Below, in pieces: positions 13,423 to 27,977 of a stretch of 64,000 bases of DNA. Source of the DNA: Paraspadella gotoi (lineage: Eukaryota > Animalia > Chaetognatha); assembly GCA_051294375.1 (NCBI GenBank), contig CM119264.1, positions 9,541,157 to 9,605,156 of the forward strand. Direction: 5' to 3'. Made by a program: the position numbers and the translations under genes. Below the pieces are notes generated by a model that ran no database searches, was not told the origin of the DNA, and saw only the letters and a program-made list of their open reading frames with translations. Position 1 is the first letter of the stretch, and each line of letters opens with the position of its first letter.

Positions 13423-13663
13423 ATGATTAAAAAATTTTTAGGAATAACAGTTTTTGTGTTTTAACGAATTTTAATCATAGTTTATAGGACATGTTTCGAC
13501 TCATGTTTTTAGAGTCTTTTGATGCTGATGAAGACTCTAAAAACATGAGTCGAAACATGTCCTATAAACTATGATTACAATTCGTTAAAACACAAAAACT
13601 GTTATTCCTAAAAATCTCTAAATTAACGAAAAGAAAGAAAATCATTACAATGATTAAAAAATT
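13423..13663 (+). mobile_element. Penelope-like retroelement (PLE) terminal remnant: inverted pseudo-LTR fragment, ~34-bp tail and 14-bp TSD
   Basis: Direct repeat ATGATTAAAAAATT at 13423-13436 and 13650-13663; inverted arms 13434-13518 and 13531-13615 (85 bp, 1 mismatch); unpaired extension 13616-13649; minimal hammerhead core at the centre. Inverted pLTR fragments, short tails and minimal hammerheads are known PLE features. Confidence 0.8.
13525..13561 (+). ncRNA. Minimal type I hammerhead ribozyme core (PLE-type); stem I degenerate
   Basis: CTGATGA (13525-31), extra A, stem II GACTC/GAGTC (13533-37/13547-51), GAAA (13552-55), minimal stem III with palindromic CATG, cleavage triplet GTC ending at 13561. 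Confidence 0.8.
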
Positions 13664-14329
13664 ATAATCCCTTAAATCCTACCTGATAATATAATATTTA
13701 TAATTTAAGAAATAAATGTAAGTTTTAGTCACTAACCTTTTTTGTTTTATAATTTATCTGCTGCAATAAAGATTACGTGGAATTTTTATTATGTATATTA
13801 ATTATGTATATTAATTTCCTATATTCAAAAATACAAGTGATTAAAAATATTAAGATTTTATTTCCTAAAAAAATAACTAAGAATAGTTTAGTGTCACCTT
13901 ATAGTAATCACCGGGTAGAAATGAAGCACAAATGCCTTCTAGAAGGAAAGATTGGAGAAGGGATGAAAGGCGGGCAACGGGAAAGGTAAAAAGGGGATTC
14001 CTACAAGCGCTGCGACGCACCATGCTTTCAAAGCCGAAAACCAGATGGCATCGAGGTTCCCTGCCATTTGAGGACGTCGCTCCCGCGGTGTCGCCACCTC
14101 TCATGCCTAGATGATTTGTTTATGCCGATGTCGTGATGATGCCAAGTGATGAGAATGGATTGAATGGTGAAGACTCTTCAAAACAGGTGGGCATCGCTAG
14201 TTTTCTTTCATCTTTTTGCTTATCCCCTTAGCGCAGCGATATGATTATGAAAATTGCAAAATTACTTGTTTCACTATTTTAAGTTTTAAATTTTATAGTA
14301 TTCATTAAAATTATCTATTACAAATTCTA

Positions 14330-14332
<3 letters not shown>

Positions 14333-14423
<91 letters not shown>
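14333..14423. repeat. (ATT)n microsatellite
   Basis: Trinucleotide run. Confidence 0.95.
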
Positions 14424-14426
<3 letters not shown>

Positions 14427-14517
14427 ATTTAGAAAATAGTTTTATAGAAAATACAATTTCCAGATTTTGTTGTAAAAGTTTCGTTAATCGATTTCCCAGC
14501 TGTTTATTATTTTCTCT

Positions 14518-14595
<78 letters not shown>

Positions 14596-14728
14596 CTCTT
14601 TCTCTCTCTTTCTCTCTCTCTCTCTCTCACTCTTTCTTTCCTTTTTTGGAGTTCTATCTTTCATCATTATTTCAAGTCAGCAAGTCACCCATCTGGGTAT
14701 CGTTGGTCGCGAAGAGGGGCGGAGGAGC

Positions 14729-14819
<91 letters not shown>

Positions 14820-14886
14820 GACCAAAAGAACCATTTGGCAGAGGTACCCGGTAATTGCTTCTTAAAATGGAAAAGGGAAATGAGAG

Positions 14887-14965
<79 letters not shown>

Positions 14966-17521
14966 AGAGAGAGACGAGAGAAAGAGAGAGAGAGACAGAG
15001 AAAGAGAGAGAGATTCATTAAATGACCGACCGAGTTACAGATTTCAGATATTCTTTTGAATCTGTTAAATTAAATCACAATTTTTGAACTTTTAATTTTC
15101 AATCATGGTAAAAACCAAATGGAAATAATAATTTTAAGATTAATTGTGAATTGAAATAATAAAAAGTAATAGTTACATAATTAGTAGCATATTGACCTTC
15201 ATTCAAACCGTTTGTAGAATAGATCAGTAAAATGTTCAGGATTTTTTAATTTTGGAAGGGAAATGTGGCGAAGAAAAATAAAAGTGTGACTCTCAATGTT
15301 TGTGTGTGCGTGTGTGTCTCTGTGTTTATGTGTGTTTCTGTGTGTGTGTGTGTGTTTGTGTGTTGGAGAGAGAATAACAAGGAGAAAGAGAAATAGACCA
15401 CTATGTGCAAAATAAATATAAATAAATATAAATATAATATAAATATTGAGTGCTCAGCGGACCATTGGAGATTGCAATATCGCCTGAAACGACGAAGTGC
15501 GATTTCAGTTGCTAATCTGTGAAAAATCGTGGCCCCTCGTTGCCTTTTTGCTTTCAAATATTTCCAACGACACGTGAGTTAAAGAGCAATGGGTGATGCT
15601 TTCTACGAGCCGCAGAGAAAGCTACTGAGAGCAGCGCCAACCTTTTTGACGAAATGGCGCCACAAAACTCGTAGATCTCAGCTTAGTGCTTTGAAAAAAA
15701 CGGGGACGCTAACGCCGACGAACAAGTCCCACTCTTTAAGCTACTAAACTCTAGAACTAGAAAGTGGGAGAAAGATGTTGAGGGGACTCGTGACATAGTT
15801 TTTCTACTCGCGCCGTCTCTGGGGTTTAGGGTAACGACGACGACGACGACAACAACAACGACGACCGCAGCGGAAACGACTTTCACGGGGTCGAAGGGCG
15901 AGATGGGACTTGGGGTGAAGGGGTGAAATTGAGATGGGATATGAAAATGATGGAGTATGGGATGGGGCTAATAAGTTGAAAATTTTGTAAGCGCGGATTG
16001 AAAAATCTCCCTTTTATTATTTGAAAAAAAAAAGTGCATAAAGAAATTGAGAAAATAAATCATATCGTGAGAACGTTCTCCGGGTCGTTCTACTGGTCGG
16101 GGCTCGAACCTCAGTGGGCGCCTGTGACATTTTAATTGTTGTACTAGTATTTTTCGTATTGCCGAAGAAAATTGATTTCCAAATGGCTCGTTCTTTGAGA
16201 ATTTATAAGCAGAAAGAAATTATCAATCGAGTAAACTCAGCAACGAGAAAACAATAAAACAAAATAATAAAAACTCGGAAAGAATCATGTCAAGATATTA
16301 AAAAAGTGAAATGAATCCGTCGATAAAGGGTTAGCCCTAAGTGTGGCGACGTCTTTTAAAATCATTATCATCCCTAAAAACGGAGGCCAAAGTAAGTCTT
16401 CAACCTTAGTCGCACTTACCTTCCAGTCAAAAAAAAAAGTTCGGAGAGAAAATAAAAGGAGCGGGAAACAGATTTAAGGTGAAGCGTAACCGCCCGCCTC
16501 GTAAATTCCGACGCCGTCCCGCGAATGCTAATTCCGAAGGTCACTCGCCTCGAGCGCGAGCGGCCCGTGGAATTTTCCTCGGCTCCTTTTATTCGACTGA
16601 GATTCCGAGGCGGAAGATTTTCGGGCGGAGAAAAGAAATCTCGGGTTTTTTTTCCAAAAAATCACGTGAATTTCAGGAGAATATGACGATTTGAAGAGAG
16701 GGGGTCGATTATCAAAGATTTCATGGGGTTTCTTAAGTAATTCGTCGAAAAATATTTGAGAAATAGGATGTATGCGTTTCGAGAATTTAGATAAATTTAC
16801 AGGAACAAAAAGGTATTTTTACTATTTCTTGGATCTGTAGTATGAATCTGTAGTCGGGCATTGCAATACGTTAACCCCCGGTGGCTTATAGAGTAATACC
16901 ATCGCAGGAGTTCAATCTCAACAAAATCCAAAACGGATTGGAAGATCGGGCGATCGCCGCCAGAATGGAATCTTCGGACGCTGATTGGCCGAGACGGAAC
17001 TGGAACCGGAATCCCCGAATCCTGATTGGTCAAGCATGGAACAGGAATCGATCAATCAGCTTGCAGAATCATTGGAACTGTAAATTTTACCCACGTCGCC
17101 GATCCTCTTCCTTACCCCCCCCCTAAAAAAAAACCGAGATTAAATCTCGAATTAGATTAAAAATGTCACATTGGGCTTCGCACTTTTTCTCCGTGCACTC
17201 GATCATACTCCGAAGAATCTTCTGCCATATTTATTTCTTTAATCTTTATGTCACAATAAAATTTTAAAAAATGATCTCGTGCCTAATTTTTTTTTTCAGT
17301 AAATTATTCGTGGAGTCTTTCTGGCTGGAAATAATTTGTTGAGATTATCTTCTCGACAAAAAAAAAGTCGTTAAATCATGAATTAAAAAAAAAGAGCTAA
17401 TTGATATTTCATTGTCGTCGCCATTTTCTTTCTTCTTTGACAGATTATTGTTGGCCGGAAGTCTTAGATCAACGTCAACCCAACCGGTCATTATGGCGCC
17501 GTCGGTCTCCGCCCATTACAA

Positions 17522-17624
<103 letters not shown>

Positions 17625-18828
17625 ATTATTTTTCTTTGTTTCTTCTTTTACTAGGCAAGTAATAATCGAATCTTCCTTTTTCGGTTTTTTTAAAAAATAT
17701 TTTAGTGACAGATTCAGTCAGCCAGTCGCGCTTTTATTTTTTTTGCTCTTAAAAATTCGTTAAAATTAAAGTTTCGTTAAGACGAAATACAACTGAAGGA
17801 TGATTTGATGATAATAAGTATTGTCATAAAAATAAAAAAATAAAATAAAAATTACATTCTTCTTAGTTGATTCACCCCGACATTCTTTTTTTGAATATTC
17901 CTGTCATTCAGCCATCATCTCGTCTGTGTCGTCGTCGTCGTCGTCGTCTTGTCATCGCTTAATCATCTCTTCATCTTTACTGCATCGTCGCTTCTGCTTC
18001 GCCTCATCAACACCATCAGTCGTCGTTGTCGTCGTCGCATCTGTCACATCGTCTTTTCTCCCGTTGTCTTCGCTGCTTTTTTCTCACGGATTTTTCCCCT
18101 TCGCATTCCAGTTTTGTCCTTGTGTTGTTGTTGTCGTGACTCATTTACGACATACTTCTTCTTCATTTAATTTATTTAATTTTATATTCACTTCGTGATC
18201 TTCTTCCTTTTTTCACAGTGTACTTTCTCGTCGCGCCCCAAACAAAATCCATAACATGAATATTCCTCGTTCGTTTTTCCTTTTCACGCACTTTACCAGT
18301 TTTCACAAACGGTTCTACTAACATTTTTTTCATTCTTTACTTCACGCCTCGTATTTTTTGGCCTTTTTAGTTTATTTTCCTTCTTTTTTTGTTGACTTTC
18401 TGTCGACTTTTCCTGACTATTTCTCACTTTAGTTTATTGTTTATTTTATTTGTTTTGTAGTCGTCCTACTTTTCATTTCATCACTGTTGAATTACTTGCT
18501 CTTACGCTCTCACAAGGACTTTAATTCTTTTGGGAATTTTTTCTGCGTTCCATTAATCACTTATCAATGTGAATATTAATTTTGTAAACACTTTTGCCAT
18601 ATGTCTTTTTAAAAATAACGTGTAGTAAAGTTAAAGTGAACGCCATAAAAAATATTTTTTAGCTTTTTTGTTCCCTTTTCCTCTTTTTTTTCTGTATTTC
18701 CTTTTTTTTACCGAACTTTCAACAGTTATGGCTCTTTTCTTTCTTTTTTTCTTTTTTGGAACGAAGCTTTTGCCCCTTTCCTGATCTCGGGACCAGAACA
18801 GACTTTGGAGCTTGGAGACGAACCGGGC

Positions 18829-18951
<123 letters not shown>

Positions 18952-19424
18952 GGCCCAGGACGCCAATTGAGCCACAATCGATCACCGCGTTATCAGTCCT
19001 GGGAATCTTTCAATGGACGAGGGGGAATAACAGAGGAGACACTGGAAGAGGAAGAAATAGTTGAAGAAGAAAGAGGAAAGGAATAAGGAAAAGGAGAAAC
19101 TGAGGAGGAAAAGGAGAAGGAAGAGGAAACGAGAAGAAGAGGAGCAAGAAATATGTCAGAAAGGAAAAAAAGAGAGACTCCGAGAAAGAAGGAAATAAAA
19201 ACGGTAAAAGAGGAATCGGGGTAAATAAAAAAAAGGGAGAAAAAGAAGACATTTCGTAAAAGGAAAATGTGGTTGATGTAGGAGATAAGAGCCGCTGCAA
19301 GAGAAACACAACCAAAAGACATTGAAAAAGAAATGCGCTTGGGAGATTTGATAAAGCTGATTGCCTGAGGAGCCGACTGGGGAAAGGAGGGAGAGAAGGN
19401 NNNNNNNNNNNNNNNNNNNNNNNN

Positions 19425-22333
19425 GAGAAGACGAAGGACAGGATGAGGAGGAGCAGAGAGAAGATGGAGAGTGAGAGAGTAGGGGTCGGAGGGTGAGGGG
19501 GAGAGGAGAGAGAGAGAAGAGAGAGAGATGAGAGAGAGGAGAGAGAGGAGGAGAGAGAGAGAGTGAAGAGAAGAGACAAAGAACGACCCAAAAAGAAACC
19601 ATTTGGCAGAGGTACCCGTGTAATTGCTTCTTTAAATGGAAAAGGGAAATGTGGAGAGAGAGAGAGAAAGAGAGAGAGATCGAAGAGAGAATGAGAGAGA
19701 GAGAGAGGAGAGAGAGAGGAGAGGAGAACAGACGAGAGAGAGGAGAGAGAGAGAGATTGAGAGAGACAGAAAAGAGAGAGAGATTCATTAAATGACCGAT
19801 CCGAGTTTACAGATTTTCAGATATTCTTTTTGAATCTGCTTTAACATTAAATCACAAATTTTTGAAACTTTTAATTTTCAATCATGGTAAAAACCAAATG
19901 GAAATAAATAATTTTAAGATTAATTGTGAATTGAAATAATAAAAAGTAATAGTTACATTAATTTAGTAGCATATTGACCTTCATTCAAACCGTTTGTAGA
20001 ATAGATCAGTAAAATGTTCAGGATTTTTTAATTTTGGAAGGGAAATGTGGCGAAGAAAAATAAAAGTGTGACTCCTCAATGTTTGTGTGTGCGTGTGTGT
20101 CTCTGTGTTGTGTTTATGTGTGTTTCTGTGTGTGTGTGTGTGTGTGTTTGTTGTGTTGGAGGAGAGAATAACAAGGGAGAAAGAGAGAAATAGACCACTA
20201 TGTGCAAAATAAATATAAAAATAAATATAAATTATAATATAAATATTGAAGCTCAGCGGACCATTGGAGATTGCAATATCGCCTGAAACGACGGAAAGTG
20301 CCGATTTCAGTTGCTAATCTGGAAAAATCGTTGGCCCCTCGTTGCCTTTTGCTTTCAAATATTTCCAACGACACGTGAGTTAAAGAGCAATGGGTGATGC
20401 TTTCTACGAGCCGCAGAGGAAAGCTTACTGAGAGCAGCGCCAACCTTTTTGACGAAAATGGCGCCACAAAACTCGTAGATCCAGCTTAGTGCCTTTGAAA
20501 AAAAACGGGGACCTAACGCCGACGAACAAGTCCCACTCTTTAAGCTACACTAACTCTAGAAACTAGAAAGGTGGAGAAAGATGTTGAGGGGACTCGTGAC
20601 ATAGTTTTTCTACTCGCGCCGTCTCTGGGGTTTAGGGTAACGACGACGACGACGACAACAACAACGACGACCGCAGCGAAACGACTTTCACGGGGTCGAA
20701 TGGCCGAGATGGACTTGGGGTGAGAGGGAGAAATTGAGATGGGATATGAAAATGATGGAGTATGGGATGGGGCCTAATAGTTGAAAATTATTGTAAGCGG
20801 GATTGAAAAATCTCCCTTTATTATTTGAAAAAAAAAAGTGCGAATAAAGAAATTGAGAAAATAAATCATATCGTTGAGAACTTCTCCGGGTCGTTCTTAC
20901 TGGTCGGCGGGGCTCGAACCTCAGTGGGCGCCTGTGACATTTTAATTGTTGTACTAGTATTTTTCGTATTGCCGAAGAAAATTGATTTCCAAATGGCTCG
21001 TTCTTTGAGAATTTATAAGCAGAAAGAAATTATCAATCGAGTAAACTCACGCAGCAACGAGAAAACAATAAAACAAAAATAATAAAAACTCGGAAAAAGA
21101 ATCATGTCAAGATATTAAAAAAGTGAAATGAATCCGTCGATAAAGGGTTAGCCCTAAGTGTGTGGCGACGTCTTTTTAAAATCATTATCATCCTAAAAAC
21201 GGAGGCCAAAGTAAGTCTTCAACCTTAGTCGCACTTACCTTCCAGTCAAAAAAAAATGTTCGGAGAGAAATAAAAGGAGCGCGGAAACAGATTTAAGGGT
21301 GAAAGCTAACCGCCCGCCTCGTAAATTCGACGCGCCGTCCCGCGAATGCTAATTCGAAAGGTCACTTCGCTCTGAGCGCGAGCGGCCCGTGAATTTTCTC
21401 GGCTCCTTTATTCGACTGAATTCCGAGGCGGAAGATTTTCGGGCGGAGAAAGAAATCTCGGGTTTTTTTTTTTCCAAAAAATCACGTGAATTTCAGGAGA
21501 ATATGACGATTTGAAGAGAGGGGGTCGATTATCAAAGATTTCATGGGGTTTCTTAAGTAATTCGTCGAAAAATATTGAGAGAAATAGGATGTATGCGTTT
21601 CGAGAATTTAGAAAATTTACAGGAACAAAAAGGTTATTTACTATTTCTTGGATCTGTAGTATGAATCTGTAGTCGGGCATGCAATACTTAACCCCCGTGG
21701 TTATTTGCAAGTCTCAACAAAAATCCAAAACGGATTGGAAGATCGGGCGATCGCCGCCAGAATGGAATCTTCGGACGCTGATTGGCCGAGACGGAACTGG
21801 AAACCGGAATCCCCGAATCCTGATTGGTCAAGCATGGAACAGGAATCGATCAATCAGCTTGCCAGAATCATTGGAACTGTAAATTTTTACCCACGTCGCC
21901 GATCCTCTTCCTTACCCCCCCCCCTAAAAAAAAAACCGAGATTAAATCTCGAATTAGAGTAAAAATGTCACATTGGGCTTCGCACTTTTTTCTCGTGCAC
22001 TCGATCATACTCCGAAAGAATCTTCTGCCCATATTATTTCTTTAATCTTTATGTCACAATAAAATTTTAAAAATATCTCGTGCCTAAAATTTTTTTTTCA
22101 GTAAATTATTCGTGGAGTCTTTCTGGCTGGAAATAATTTGTTGAGATTTATCTTCTCGACAAAAAAAAAAGTCGTTAAATCATGAATTAAAAAAAAGAGC
22201 TAATTGATATTTCATTGTCGTCGCCATTTTCTTTCTTCTTTGACAGATTATTGTTGGCCGGAAGTCTTAGATCAACGTCAACCCAACCGGTCATTATGGC
22301 GCCGTCGGTCTCCGCCCATTACAATCTCTCTCT

Positions 22334-22383
<50 letters not shown>

Positions 22384-23627
22384 CTCTCTCTCTCTCTTCT
22401 CTCTCTTCTCTCTTTATTATTTTTCTTTGTTTCTTCTTTACTAGGCAAGTAATAAGTCGAATCTTTCCTTTTTCGGTTTTTTAAAAAATATTTTAGTGAC
22501 AGATTCCAGGTCAGCCAGTCGCGCTTTTATTTTTTTTGCTCTTAAAAATTCGTTAAAATTAAAGTTTCGTTAAGGACGAATACAACTGAAGATGATTTGA
22601 TGATAATAAGTATTGTTCATAAAAATAAAAAAAAAAAATAAAAATTACCATTCTTCTTAGTTGATTCACCCCGACATTCTTTTTGAATATTCCTGTCATT
22701 CAGCCATCATCTCGTCTGTGTCGTCGTCGTCGTCGTCGTCTTGTCATCGCTTAATCATCTCTTCATCTTTACTGCATCGTCGCTTCTGCTTCGCCTCATC
22801 AACACCATCAGTCGTCGTTGGTCGTCGTCGCATCTGTCACATGTCTTTCTCCCTTGTCTCGCTGCTTTTTTCTCACGGATTTTTCCCCTTCGCATTCCAG
22901 TTTTGGTCCTTGTGTTGTTGTTGTCGTGACTCATTTACGACATACTTCTTCTTCATTAATTTATTAATTTTATATTCACTTCGTGATCTTCTTCCTTTTT
23001 TCACAGTGTACTTTCTCGTCGCGCCCCAAACAAAATCCATAACATGAATATTCCTCGTTCGTTTTTCCTTTTCACGCAACTTTACCAGTTTTCACAAACG
23101 GTTCTACTAAACATTTTTTTTCATTCTTTACTTCACCGTCCTCGTATTTTTTGGCCTTTTAGTTTATTTTCCTTCTTTTTTTGTTGACTTTCTGTCGACT
23201 TTCTTCTGACTATTTTCTCACTTTAGTTTATTGGTTATTTTATTTGTTTTTAGGGTCGTCCTACTTTTCATTTCATCACTGTTGAATTCTGCTCTTACGC
23301 TCTCACAAGACTTTTAATTCTTTGGGAATTTTTTCTGCGTTCCATTAATCACTTTCAATGTGAATATTAATCTTTGTAAAACACTTTTGCCATATGTCTT
23401 TTTAAAAATAACGTGTAGTAAAGTTTAAAGTGAACGCCATAAAAAATATTTTTTAGCTTTTTTGTTCCCTTTTCTCTTTTTTTTCTGTTATTTCCTTTTT
23501 TTTTACCGAACTTTCAACAGTTATGGCTCTTTTCTTTCTTTTTTTTTTTTTTGGAACGAGCTTTTGCCCTTTCCTGATCTCGGGACCAGAACAGACTTTG
23601 GAGCTTGGAGACGAAACCGGGCCCAAG

Positions 23628-23684
<57 letters not shown>

Positions 23685-24135
23685 GGCCCAGGACGCCAAT
23701 TGGACCACAATCGATCACCGCGTTATCAGTCCTGGGAATCTTTCAATGGACGAGGGGGAATAACAGAGGAGACACTGGAAGAGGAAGAAATAGTTGAAGA
23801 AGAAAGAGGAAAGGAATAAGGAAAAGGAGAAACTGAGGAGGAAAAGGAGAAAGGAAGAGGAAACGAGAAGAAGAGGAGCAAGAAATATGTCAGAAAGGAG
23901 AAAAAAAGAGAGACTCCGAGAAAGAAAGAAATAAAAACGGTATAAAGAGGAATCGTGGGTAAATAAAAAAGGGGAGAAAAAGAAGACATTTCGTAAAAGG
24001 AAAATGTGGTTGATGTAGGAGATAAGAGCCGCTGCAAGAGAAACACAACCAAAAGACATTGAAAAAGAAATGCGCTTGGAGATTTGATAAAGCTGATTGC
24101 CTGAGGAGCCGACTGGGGAAAGGAGGGAGAGAAGG
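19425..24135 (+). repeat. Duplication B, copy 2 (insertion-rich, noisier copy)
   Basis: Colinear with ~14730-19399, with many single-base insertions. Confidence 0.92.
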
Positions 24136-25930
24136 GTGGAGGAGAGTGGAGATGAAGGGTCAAAGGATAAATGGGATGTCAGAAAGAGAAGAGAAAGAGA
24201 GAGAGAGAGAGAGAGATTTCGGTGGGAGATGTGAGTGATTGCGATCGGAATGTGCGTCAAAAGATCAAATAAATCAACAGAAGGAATTTGGGAGGAAGAG
24301 GAATTTCCTTTCCTTTTTTTTTTCCTCCTCAAGATTCGCTGATGTCAGTTCCAGGTTTTTTCCTGAAAAGAGGCTAAAGGCGACAAGAGAGCGAAAACTT
24401 CTTTTTCCTTTCAAATTTGAAAATGGATTTGAGGGCGGAAGAAAAAAATCAGATAATCAAAAAAAAAAGAAAAAAAAAACATAAAAGCCCGAAATTTATG
24501 ATTTCTTGTCTAATTTGTTTGTCACTGGAAGGAGTTTTTAAAAATAAAATGAGAAAAAAGAGAAAGAACGAAAAAGAGAAAGAAAGTAAGAAAGAAAATC
24601 AGAAAGAAACAAATAAAGAAAGAAAGAAAGAAAGAAGGAAAGAACAAAAGAGATAATGTATAAAAGATAATAAATTTGGAGAAACTATACACTAAAGATT
24701 TTCATTATGCTGCGGATTTTATCTGATTAACAAATCACGTATTCTTTTTCAAGCTCGATATGACTGAGTCACAAAATTGAGAATGAAAAAAAAGGGAAAA
24801 AAAGGGGAGTAAGCGAGTTTATGAAAGAAATATCAGGTCCTCATAGAAACATGATGATATTTAATGTGAACTGCGCAAAACAACAACAGGGAATGATGGA
24901 AAACGATACAGAAAAATGTTTTGTTTTCACGATGTTGTTGTTTTTGGTTGTTTTTTTTTCTCCTAACTTTTTCCGTTCTGTTCCCCTCCATTGACTTCAC
25001 AACTCCGTCCCATCATATCACCCGGGGACCGTCTTTATCTGACCCATTTTGCCCTTTTTTGCTTTTTCTTTTTTTTATTCAGGTTTTTTTTACGATTTTT
25101 CTCGTCTTCCTCCAACTCCGCCTTTTCTTTTGTATTTCTACTTTTTTTTTCTCTTTCTTCCTATTTTTTTTTAAATTGTATGAATTTCAAAAATTTTCTT
25201 ACTGAATTTCTTTCCTTTTTAATCTTTTATTAATTTTGTAATCCCAATTTTGTTCTTTTTTTGATTTAATGACATTCTTTTAACTTGTATCTTTTTTCTA
25301 TTTTCACTTTCGTCATTCTTTTCCTCCTTTCCTACTTTTCCCCTAACTTTCCTTCTCTCCCTACTTTTCCTCACCATTCCTTTTTCCTCCTCCTCCTCCT
25401 CCTCCTCCTCCTCCTCCCTGCTTTCAGCGACTCCAAAATATTTTCCTCCTTATCGTCAGATGATGGCGGGAAAAAGCGTCGGACGCCTTCCTTGTGAATT
25501 CCCCAGAGTCACGTGACTTTAACGACGACCTGAAAAAAAAGGCAAATGCTCATTTAACGAAACTTTATGGCACTTATTCTTAAGACATTATTTTTAAATA
25601 TTCTACAATGAATGAACTGTTTCATGAAGTTCACTTTGGCCTCTAGTTTATATATCGTTAATCAAGGAAGCTCTGATTATATGCCAAAAAGTTTAAATAA
25701 AAACACAGAAGTACTTTTTGGTAGTCAGAAGAAAAAGATGTAATTGAGGATTTCGTCTTTTATTTTATAAGTAATAATATATGTCCTGCTATTTCATTAT
25801 CTTGGAAGCCTTAAACCACCAAAGCTTGTCCAAAGTCAGGGAAAAGATAGGTTATTTATTAAATGAATGGATAATTTTTATATTGGTTGTACCAATTTCA
25901 TAACAATAAATAATTGTTTCTATTATAGTT

Positions 25931-26054
<124 letters not shown>

Positions 26055-26617
26055 CTTTTTCTGTCTCTCTCGCTCCCCAAATTTCGTAGGCAATTTGTGT
26101 TCTTTCCCCTTTTTAAACTTATGTTTTCCCGGTTCACTTCTCGGCCTGCCGACTTTTTTTTTCTCTTGTATTTCTTCTTTTTTAGTCCTTTTTTTTAAGC
26201 CTTTTTTTCTCTTTTCTCTTTATTTTTTTTTCTTCTCTTTTCGGAGTTTGTTTTCTTTTCTCCCGATTCGCGGCTAACGAGGTCCCGCGATTTGCCCTTT
26301 CGAGTCTCGAATCGCGCGCAGAGTCTCACGTATCCCTTTCACTTTTCTGTTTTTCTTTTCTTTTTCACTTTTTTCTCTTGTTTTTTCTTTTTTTTTTTCT
26401 TATTTTGTTGTTTTTTATCGCTTTCTTTTGCCATTTCGGTGTTCCTTTTCGTCGCGGCACCGACAACGCAGCGAATCTGTCACTGTCGACCATCATTATG
26501 TATATTTTAAGAATTTAAGAATACAATTCTAAGATTATACAAATTTTACAATAAGATTTGTTCCTTTTAGTTTGTCAATTTCTGTATTTCTGGTTTTCTA
26601 TTTCTGGACTTTTCTTG

Positions 26618-26700
<83 letters not shown>

Positions 26701-26762
26701 TTTTTTCTTTCTTTCTTTCTTTTTTTCTTTCTTTCTTTTTTTCTTTCTTTCTTTCTTTCTTT
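26618..26762. repeat. (CTTT)n microsatellite
   Basis: Tetranucleotide run, degenerate at the 3' end. Confidence 0.9.
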
Positions 26763-26966
26763 CTCAGTTTCTTTATCGTCTAAATTACTACGACTTATCT
26801 ACCTAAACTCTCGCAATTATCTCTTTACAAGTTTTATTGCCTTTGCACTTTTGTTCTTTTTTTTTGAGTACCCAAGGTGATCTGGCGGAAAAACAAAGAA
26901 ACAAAACTGCACGGGTAAACAGAAGAAACTAGAAAAAAAATTAAATGGAAACAAAAGGAGAGAGAG

Positions 26967-27071
<105 letters not shown>

Positions 27072-27977
27072 CCCATGGGAGCGACGCAAACGACGGGACG
27101 CAGACGGCGTCCGCCCCTCAAGAGACGAGAGGGCGCAGAGTTCAGAAACGTCGAGTCACGCGCCAACAAACGCGGAAAAATCAAGCGGCGGCGCCACGCA
27201 GCGCCACGCAGCGCCACATAGCGGATTCGATCCCGCTTCAACTTAGCAATCTGAATAGTCCATTATCCACTGTTCAACGATTCTTTGCCCAGCTCGACTC
27301 ATATCAACTCCAGGAGCAGGATAAATGAAAGCTAAGCACTCAGGAATATGTATTTTAAACATATTTGTTTAATCTTCTTTAATGATATACTAATCTCTAA
27401 TTCATATTTACAACTTTCCGCGCTTTAGGAAGGCAGAAACGCCATCAAATCGAGCGTTTAACATCATATTATGTGAGTCTATCCTGGAAAAAAGTAGTGA
27501 CTTCGCTAAATTTGGTATTTTTGGCGATATTCCTGGCAGATTGCGACATTTCAGAGGAATTTGGCGCAAAAGAAAAAGAACGTATATTATCTGTTGAAAA
27601 AAAAAATTGCAGAAGCGTCGCCGTCGATTTTGTCACAAAGAGCTGAACGTGAACAATAATAGCAACAAAGACCACGTAAACAACGATACGTCGAAGGTCA
27701 TTTGAGATTTAGAATCAAATCTGATGAGCGCATTTGACAGAGATAAAGACAGATGAAGAAAAAATGACAAAAACGATTACGACGACGACGACGACAGAAA
27801 TGACGAAAAGGATGTCTTAAAAATTCGTTGATTGATTTTACGTTTCGTTCTAAGACGACACGACGACAAAAGCGATATCGAAGCCCATTACGACTACGGA
27901 GACAGAGACGTCAAGGAAATGATGGCAACAACAACGCGAACGACAGTGACAACAACGACGGCGAAGGCGACGACGAT

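Noticed and set aside
15821-15832. GGGGTTTAGGG telomere-like motif
   Set aside because: Single unit, no array
27191-27220. GCGCCACGCA x3 and a ~21-bp tandem duplication at ~360-401
   Set aside because: Tiny slippage duplications with no further structure
27721-27765. Other CTGANGA motifs (e.g. 27721, 44849, 49943; minus strand at ~5465 and ~39553)
   Set aside because: No stem II followed by GAAA and NUH, so not hammerheads
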